Shown: positions 57,588 through 64,000 of the stretch, in pieces | How positions within the stretch are numbered: position 1 is the stretch's first letter | Layout: every line of letters starts with the position of its first letter | Assembly (NCBI GenBank): GCA_958296135.2 | Contig: CATQHZ020000001.1 | Coordinates: forward strand, 2,016,001-2,080,000 | Direction: 5' to 3' | From: an uncultured Poribacteria bacterium | Lineage (GTDB): Bacteria > Poribacteria > WGA-4E > WGA-3G | Length of the DNA stretch: 64,000 nucleotides | Made by a program: the position numbers and the translations under genes | The notes under the pieces: model-generated | What the model was told of the DNA's origin: nothing | Databases searched by the model: none | The model's input: only the letters and a program-made list of their open reading frames with translations

Positions 57588-58361
57588 TTACCGGATGCGG
57601 CCAACGGAGGAACGCGTCGCGAAATGATTCCACCCGCGAAGCACCAATTGCACGTTCGTGTGCCGGTTCTCGGCTTCGACCTGGTCATCGCCAGCGTGCA
57701 TCTGAACGAGGACACTCTTGCGCGTCCGGTTTGAACGATTTGGCATGGACCCGTGCAAGGTAAAATAACTGAAGAAGAGGACATCGCCGGGTTCCGCCTC
57801 CAAGACGGTCGCGTCCTCGATCGGATACTGTTCGGTGATAGCCTCGTTCTGTCCGCTACCCATCATGCCATCGGTGCGTCTCAACCGCTTGTGCGAACCG
57901 GGATAAACGCGCACACAGCCCATCTCATCGGTAGCATCCGAAACATAGATGATGGCGGCCATCATCGTATCCTTGACAGAGGGGAAATATTGCCAATCTT
58001 GGTGCATCGGGAACGGCGCGCCTCTCTCCGGCGGTTTGCAGAAAAGTTTGGAGTGGTGCAGCAGAATATCCGGCCCGAGGACCGCCTCGGTGATGTCAAG
58101 GAATCTCTCCTGCAAAAACGCTTGCATCCACACGGCAGAGAAACTCTGGATATTATGCGTGTGAATGATAACGGATTCGCCACCGTCCAGCGCGTCCATC
58201 AGTCTGCCGCCCCATCGGGCGTTGACGTTCTCATCGCTCTTGAGGAGCTGATCGACGACCCGGTCGAAATCGTGCTCCATCGCTCTCACTTCTTCAGGCG
58301 AATAGACACCCTTGGCGAAGTAATAGCCGTTTTCGTGAAAGAAGTTTCCGATATCTGACAT
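57588..58361 (-). CDS. Phytanoyl-CoA dioxygenase (PhyH) family protein
   Basis: MHQD, GCVRVYPGSH and LHGSMPN motifs. Confidence 0.88.
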   Translation of the reverse strand: MSDIGNFFHENGYYFAKGVYSPEEVRAMEHDFDRVVDQLLKSDENVNARWGGRLMDALDGGESVIIHTHNIQSFSAVWMQAFLQERFLDITEAVLGPDILLHHSKLFCKPPERGAPFPMHQDWQYFPSVKDTMMAAIIYVSDATDEMGCVRVYPGSHKRLRRTDGMMGSGQNEAITEQYPIEDATVLEAEPGDVLFFSYFTLHGSMPNRSNRTRKSVLVQMHAGDDQVEAENRHTNVQLVLRGWNHFATRSSVGRIR

Positions 58362-58454
58362 TGGGGTTTTGTTACCTCAATTCGGTGTGAGCGGAAACCA
58401 TAGAAATCCGCCCTGACACAGAACAGCTTCCGTAGTCGCTGTTTGAAACCGCGC

Positions 58455-59198
58455 CTACGGCGCGTCTTCGGTTATCTCAAAAAATAGGTTAACGAGCCAA
58501 TTGGGCACCGGGTTATCCGCTGCAACCTCTCGTTCCAACTGACTGAGCGTGTTAAAGACAGCGAACTGCCCTTCGTTGAGGATGCCAACCTTATTGCATA
58601 GCCTTGGTACATCGTCAATCTGATTTGTGGCAATGACGACGGTTTTTCCCATCGCGCGGAGTTCGTTGAGCAATTCTATCATCTCAATCTGCCCGCGTGC
58701 ATCCAGCGGCGCGAGCGGTTCGTCAAGTAGCCACAACTCCGGTTCGTGCAAGAAGGTTTTGGCGAATAAGAGCCGCTGCCGTTCGCCGGTTGACAACGCG
58801 CCGATTTTCACGTCGCGCAGCGGTTCAATGTCCATCAGATCCAGCACTGCATCGATTGCCGTAGTGCGTTCGCGGCGTTCCATGCGATACGCCGCGGCGA
58901 AAAAATCGAGGTACGCCGCGGCAGACAATTCAGGGTATCCTTCAAACGCAACCGGCACATATCCGATGAGCGGCCGCACCTGTTTCAGGTTGCTGAAGGC
59001 ATCGTAACCGGCGATAGAGACGGAGCCGGATGTTGGCTCTATCAACGTCGCCAAGAGATTGAGCAGGAGCGTTTTGCCCGCGCCGTTTTTTCCGAGTAGT
59101 GCAAGGCACTCGCCGCTCTCCACCTGAAACGTGAGGGAGATGAGATACGGCTCTTTGTCAAAGGATTTGCACAGGTTTTGGACATCCAGCATTTTCAA
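58455..59198 (-). CDS. ABC transporter ATP-binding protein
   Basis: GKNGAGKT, LSTGERQR, LLDEP. Confidence 0.85.
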   Translation of the reverse strand: MKMLDVQNLCKSFDKEPYLISLTFQVESGECLALLGKNGAGKTLLLNLLATLIEPTSGSVSIAGYDAFSNLKQVRPLIGYVPVAFEGYPELSAAAYLDFFAAAYRMERRERTTAIDAVLDLMDIEPLRDVKIGALSTGERQRLLFAKTFLHEPELWLLDEPLAPLDARGQIEMIELLNELRAMGKTVVIATNQIDDVPRLCNKVGILNEGQFAVFNTLSQLEREVAADNPVPNWLVNLFFEITEDAP

Positions 59199-59272
59199 TT
59201 AATTCTGTAGGGCGAGCTCGCCGTGTTTGCGAGCTTGCAACGCGCGCAAACGGGCGGCACGGAAACCCACCG

Positions 59273-60277
59273 TTAACGCAAATCTACCTTCACCGGCATG
59301 CCGAGTTTTGCGGATTCCCACGCGGCTTCAGTTAATTGAATGACGCGCAAGCCGTTCTCCACGCCGATAGGGTTCTCTGTCCGTTCGCCGCGGATGAGCT
59401 CAATGAAGACCGCGTCTTTGTTGGCACCCTCTGGCATATCTGCCGCAGGCACCTCAACGAGGCCGCCCTCTTTTTCTTGGCGGTAAAGTTTGCCGGCGCG
59501 GAGGTAAAGCGCGCCTCCCTCCATCCAGATTGAGAAATCTTCCTGAACGCCGCCATACGCATGCCCGACGATGCTGATATTGCACAGCGCACCGGTATCA
59601 AACTTGATTGACATCGCGGTGAGGACATCCACCTCAATGTCAAGGTTATCTATCATCGCGAAGACGGTGTCCGGACTCGCCTCTAACACCCAGAGGAGGA
59701 TGTCGATGAGGTGACTGCCGGAATCGTTGAGCTGCCCACCGCCGCCGAGGAACGGATCTTGCCGCCACTTTCCCTGTTGATTCCGATACCAATTCTGCGA
59801 CTGATGCGCCTCCACAAAATGGACAGGACCGAGCGCGCCGCTCTGGACGACTTGCCGGCAATATTGATACGTCGGACTCAGGTGCCGTTGATAACCGATG
59901 AGCAGATGCAATCCTGTCTCTTCGACTTTTGCGATGACCTGCTTCGCGTGGGATACGGTGCAAACCATCGGCTTTTCGGTGTGCACGTGACATCCTGCGT
60001 CAAGCGACTCCATGATATGCTGAAAATGGAGCCCGTGCGGCGAACTGATGACGACAGCATCCGGGTTGACTGCAGCGAGCATCTCACCGGAGTCGGCGTA
60101 GGTTCGGAGCGATGCATCCAAGCCGACGTTCTCTTTGAATGCCGCGAGCGAGTTTTCACTCGGGTCAGCGAGGGCGACAATCTCCACGCCTTCCACGCGA
60201 GAGACGCTGCGTCCGTGTCCGCGTGCATTCCCGCCACATCCGATGAAGGCGACGTTGATTTTCTGTTTGGTTGTCAT
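59273..60277 (-). CDS. Gfo/Idh/MocA oxidoreductase
   Basis: IGCGGNA, HTEKP and GGGQLNDSGSH motifs. Confidence 0.88.
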   Translation of the reverse strand: MTTKQKINVAFIGCGGNARGHGRSVSRVEGVEIVALADPSENSLAAFKENVGLDASLRTYADSGEMLAAVNPDAVVISSPHGLHFQHIMESLDAGCHVHTEKPMVCTVSHAKQVIAKVEETGLHLLIGYQRHLSPTYQYCRQVVQSGALGPVHFVEAHQSQNWYRNQQGKWRQDPFLGGGGQLNDSGSHLIDILLWVLEASPDTVFAMIDNLDIEVDVLTAMSIKFDTGALCNISIVGHAYGGVQEDFSIWMEGGALYLRAGKLYRQEKEGGLVEVPAADMPEGANKDAVFIELIRGERTENPIGVENGLRVIQLTEAAWESAKLGMPVKVDLR

Positions 60278-60414
60278 GAGATAGGATTCGGTTTCCTTTT
60301 TAGGTTTGGGGTTAATTTATCATCATTTGCAAAAAAAGTCAAGAATTTTCGGAAAATAAAAAAGAGGCAAGCCGAAGACTTACCTCTTTAGACGATTAGG
60401 CGGGAAGATCATTT

Positions 60415-62013
60415 CTACTTCCGCACCAGCATCTTCTTGGTTGCGGTGAAATCTCCCACCGTGAGTGTATAGAAATAGGCCCCGCTTGCAACGGGTTCGC
60501 CCTGAACATTGCGGCCATCCCAATACGCTGCACGGCTGCGGCTCTGATACACACCTGCAGGCAATTGTCCCAACGCCAGCGTGCGAACCAACTTTCCATC
60601 CGCCGCATGGATTGTGACAGTGACTCCAGCGCGGGTTGCCAATTGGTAGGGTATCCACGTTTCCGGGTTGAACGGATTGGGATAGTTGGCAAACAGGGCT
60701 GTTTCCGTGGGTGGTGCTTCGACAAACGTTAACGCCGCCAGTAGCCGTTTTAGCGCGGCAATTCCTTCTGGTTCTGCATTAACTTGTCTTGCATCGCGAA
60801 TCCACCTCTCCACATCCGCCTCCGTAAATCCGTAGGAGCGAGTTCCAGTTCTTGATTGCTTTGCGAGGGCAGGTGCAGCTGCAGTATCTATGGCTTTTGC
60901 AACCAATATCAGATCTTCAATATCTATGGTGCCATCGTTGTTGATATCCGCTCTTCGATTCGCGCCTCCCGCGACGGTTTTACCGTAGTTATTCGCTACC
61001 GCGATGATGTCTCGAAACGTGACCTTCCCATCGTTATTGACATCCACAGGGAGCAATTTCCACAATCGGATGGTGCCATCGTCGCTGCCGCTCGCGAAGG
61101 TTTTCCCATAAGGCGAAAATGCCATTGCGCGAACCCTGTTGCTATGTCCCGTGAGGAGCGCTATATACTTTCCGCTTTTTGGGTTCCACAAACGGATTTG
61201 GCCGCAGCAGTCTCCGCTCGCGAGAATATTCCCATTCGGCGCGAAGGCTACTGATGCCACACTATTTGCGTGCCCTTTGAGAGCACGCAGGGTCCGCTTG
61301 GTTTTCAGAGACCAGATGCGAATGGTTTCGTCACTGCTACCGCTGGCGAGTGTCTGCCCATCGGGACTCCAGGCCACCGAGTTAATAGGGCCTTGATGTC
61401 CTCGGAGGACAGCCAAGCTTTTACCGTTGTTCGGGTTCCATAACCGCACGGTGCCATCGTCGCCCGCGCTGGCGAGTGTCTGCCCATTCGGGCTCCAGGC
61501 CACCGCCCAGACTCTACTTGCGTGTCCTTTCAGCGTGCGCACGTGCCGCAGGTTGTTAGCATCAGCCAAGTTCCAGATGCGGACGGTTTTGTCGTCGCTC
61601 CCACTGGCAAGGAGATACTCCCCTGGCTTGAAAGCTAAACTCAGGACAGCATCGGTATGCCCCGCAATCTCACCACGCCAAGCACCTTGAGATGCATATC
61701 GCGTTCTGATTCGATAGTTCTTTTCACCACCGTGGGCAACGATAAATGGCTTACGCGACGAAATGGCAACGGCCCAAATAGACTCGTCTTGACGCTGATA
61801 CCATTTCTCACCCCCGGTGTTGACATCCCACGCGATGAGTGTGCCGTGATTGCTTCCACTGAGCAGCGTTCCACTATCTCTGAAGGCTACTGACTCAACA
61901 ACGCCTTGCCATTCCATGGTAGTGGTGGGGACATATTCCTCAGCAGCTGCAGGTGTCAGTGCCATTATGGCGGTTAGCAGCAATGTAAAAGGGAAAAACA
62001 TCGTTTTTTTCAT
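60415..62013 (-). CDS. Secreted WD40 beta-propeller + dockerin-like + FlgD/Ig-like C-terminal domain protein
   Basis: Signal peptide, GH...WS/FSP..LASGS.D.T.R.W repeats, DVNNDG/DINNDG pair, NYPNPFNPETWIPY...YWDGRN. Confidence 0.88.
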   Translation of the reverse strand: MKKTMFFPFTLLLTAIMALTPAAAEEYVPTTTMEWQGVVESVAFRDSGTLLSGSNHGTLIAWDVNTGGEKWYQRQDESIWAVAISSRKPFIVAHGGEKNYRIRTRYASQGAWRGEIAGHTDAVLSLAFKPGEYLLASGSDDKTVRIWNLADANNLRHVRTLKGHASRVWAVAWSPNGQTLASAGDDGTVRLWNPNNGKSLAVLRGHQGPINSVAWSPDGQTLASGSSDETIRIWSLKTKRTLRALKGHANSVASVAFAPNGNILASGDCCGQIRLWNPKSGKYIALLTGHSNRVRAMAFSPYGKTFASGSDDGTIRLWKLLPVDVNNDGKVTFRDIIAVANNYGKTVAGGANRRADINNDGTIDIEDLILVAKAIDTAAAPALAKQSRTGTRSYGFTEADVERWIRDARQVNAEPEGIAALKRLLAALTFVEAPPTETALFANYPNPFNPETWIPYQLATRAGVTVTIHAADGKLVRTLALGQLPAGVYQSRSRAAYWDGRNVQGEPVASGAYFYTLTVGDFTATKKMLVRK

Positions 62014-62132
62014 TCGATTTCTCCTGCTGAATAGAGGCGGATATGAATGACATCCGCCTTTACGTTAGACATGGGTAACACATTTTTCCGCGAAAAATTC
62101 AAGAATTTCGGATTTTCTCGACATTCATTGAG

Positions 62133-62161
62133 ATTATACACAAATTGCGGTGACATGTCAA
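62133..62161 (-). promoter_or_regulatory. Consensus sigma70 promoter of the WD40 gene
   Basis: TTGACA-N17-TATAAT. Confidence 0.75.
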
Positions 62162-62328
62162 ATAATTTGTATGCAGCAAGAATACTATCATCCTGCAAAT
62201 CCGTGATTCAGACAGCATGACGAGGGACAGGCCCTCGCCCGACAACGCGCAGCGAGACGCTGCAATTTGCAATAACCTCGGATCTCTGCTAAAATGGCTC
62301 CAAAGCAATTCGCGAGAGGAGATAGCAG

Positions 62329-62925
62329 ATGGCACGACAACTCAGAATGGTCCGGCCCGATTTGGAACATTTACCGAAACTGGAACTCCCACCCGGCTAC
62401 GGCATACGAACCTACCGAGAAGGCGACGAGGTGTATTGGGCAAATATCATCAGCGATTCGTTCGGCGGAAAACAGCGCACCGCCGAAGACACGCGCAATG
62501 AGATTACCGGGCAAGAACTCTTCGTCCCAGAGGGACTCTATTTCGCAACGCATAAAGGCACGCTAGTCGGCACAGCATGTGCATGGCGGCAAACTGTTGA
62601 CGAAACCGAGGTCGGCTATGTCCACATGGTGGGAGTTGCATCCGCGCACACCGGACATAAACTTGGCAAATGGGTATCGCTGGCTGTGCTTACCTATTTT
62701 CGCGACCACGGGTTTCGGTGCGCGATGTTGGATACCGACGATTTTCGCATCCCGGCAATCAAAACCTATCTGAATCTGGGGTTCGTGCCAGTCTACGTTG
62801 AGAAGGAGCAACCGAAACGGTGGCGGGACATCTTTGAGAAATTGGAACTCCTGTCCATGTCAGACCGGATTGCCAAGATTCGGGAGACACTTCCGGCGGA
62901 ATTGTGGGCGAAGGTGTCGCGTTAG
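62329..62925 (+). CDS. GNAT family N-acetyltransferase
   Basis: VHMVGV..AHTGHKLG, LDTDDFRIPAIKTYLNLGF. Confidence 0.85.
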   Translation: MARQLRMVRPDLEHLPKLELPPGYGIRTYREGDEVYWANIISDSFGGKQRTAEDTRNEITGQELFVPEGLYFATHKGTLVGTACAWRQTVDETEVGYVHMVGVASAHTGHKLGKWVSLAVLTYFRDHGFRCAMLDTDDFRIPAIKTYLNLGFVPVYVEKEQPKRWRDIFEKLELLSMSDRIAKIRETLPAELWAKVSR

Positions 62926-62933
62926 AGACAGAA

Positions 62934-64000
62934 ATGAAAGATTACGAAAAATGGGTGATGCCCGCGATTCTTCTTGTCGGTTTGGGATTGCGCCTCATCG
63001 GTTTAAACGTCGGTTTGCCAAACTCGCCAGATCCGCGCGAGATGCTGATCGCGCAAGATGTCTTGAATCTGATGCACTTTACTGCACCGCCAGAAATCTA
63101 TAACTGGCCGGGGACAGCGTGGTTTTATCTCATCGCGGTGATAGGGAAATTGTTCGCGATTGGGAAATCGCTCCTATCGGAAGGCATCGCGACCGGGAGA
63201 TCGCTCCTACAAGAAGGCATCGCGACCGGGAGGTCGCTCCTACAAGAAGGCACCGCGACGGGGGAGTCGCTCCTACAAGAAGGCATCGCGACCGGGAGGT
63301 CGCTCCTACAAGAAGATGTGATTTTGTTGGCGCGGTTTGTCAATGTGCTGTTGTCAACCGCGACACTGTGGTTTACCTATCGTCTCGGCGCGTGCTGTTA
63401 TCACAGACGGGTGGGGCAGACAGCGGCGGGGTTCCTCGCTGTGGCGATGTTACATGCGACGAACGAATCGCGTTTCGCACTAGTTGATATTCCTGCCACG
63501 TTTTGTGTGACGCTGTTTCTGTGGGTTTTGATGCGCGGGCAAACGGGCGACTATGAACGACGGCCGCCCGGACGCTCCTTAGCCGTTTGGCTTGGCATCA
63601 TCGCCGGGGCCGGTCTCGCCGTTAAATGGACGACAGCTTTTGTCGGATTATCGGCGTTGGTTTTTATCGGAACAACGCGCTTACACGTTCGGCAGGTTTT
63701 GATGCTCATCGGCGTTTCCGCGCTCACCTTTACGCTCCTCTGTCCTTATTGGCTCATCGATCTGGTTTCTCCAACATGGAACCTCTTCTTTGAGGATTTT
63801 TGGTATGAAGCGACGCACTATCAACGCGGGCATTTCGGATTATTTCCCTCGGACGGATATGGAAATCCATCCTTACAAACCTGGGGGGCTGCGTGGATAG
63901 ATAGGTTCGCTTACTTGTGGACGCTTTTGAAGTGGGGAATGGGATGGCCCCTGGCTCTCCTCGCGCTCTTTGGGATAATGCACGCGCTCGCTACGCGGAG
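62934..64000 (+). CDS. ArnT/PMT-like (GT-C) glycosyltransferase, truncated by the window end; absent from the ORF track
   Basis: Manual translation is open to the end: MKDYEKW...GLRLIGLNVGLP..PDPRE...LLARFVNVLLSTAT...SRFALVDIP...GLAVKW. Confidence 0.8.
   Translation, partial: MKDYEKWVMPAILLVGLGLRLIGLNVGLPNSPDPREMLIAQDVLNLMHFTAPPEIYNWPGTAWFYLIAVIGKLFAIGKSLLSEGIATGRSLLQEGIATGRSLLQEGTATGESLLQEGIATGRSLLQEDVILLARFVNVLLSTATLWFTYRLGACCYHRRVGQTAAGFLAVAMLHATNESRFALVDIPATFCVTLFLWVLMRGQTGDYERRPPGRSLAVWLGIIAGAGLAVKWTTAFVGLSALVFIGTTRLHVRQVLMLIGVSALTFTLLCPYWLIDLVSPTWNLFFEDFWYEATHYQRGHFGLFPSDGYGNPSLQTWGAAWIDRFAYLWTLLKWGMGWPLALLALFGIMHALATR
63153..63312 (-). repeat. 4 full + 1 partial 33-bp REP family A units, in frame in the glycosyltransferase
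   Basis: Unit AAGGCATCGCGACCGGGAGGTCGCTCCTACAAG, reverse complement of the GTAGGAGCGACCTCCCGGTCGCGA motif. Confidence 0.92.

Noticed and set aside
63119-63487. 122-aa ORF with RRHRDREVAPT repeats
   Set aside because: Wrong frame; the glycosyltransferase frame from 62934 is open and has family motifs

Overview
This 64 kb window is bacterial, moderately GC-rich and densely coding. The gene content includes multiple enolase-superfamily dehydratases, PhyH dioxygenases, Gfo/Idh/MocA oxidoreductases, a CBM9/DUF5916 protein, an FGE-sulfatase-domain protein and a WD40-dockerin protein with an 'NYPNPFNPETWIPY' tail. This suggests a Candidatus Poribacteria-like organism (inference only). Housekeeping genes present are hisF, murJ, thiD, thiE, tenA, rsmB, rpsT and pckG. 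Two features stand out. (1) An ~11 kb defence-like island (23051-34075) sits between thiE and thiD and is built as a cassette array. A conserved joint (TPR tail + twin promoters + structured ~200 nt leader) is repeated between three FRG-TPR paralogs with 9, 5 and 7 TPR units and different cargo: HsdR_N nuclease, Rpn, a coiled-coil protein, a degenerate BsaWI-like REase, an amino-MTase and an HNH nuclease. (2) Several families of GTAG-headed REP-like palindromes form intergenic arrays. They have also entered about eight protein-coding genes in frame and supply stop codons to others. I recognised no rRNA, tRNA, CRISPR array, integrase or RAYT transposase. All assignments are by eye from motifs; no searches were run.
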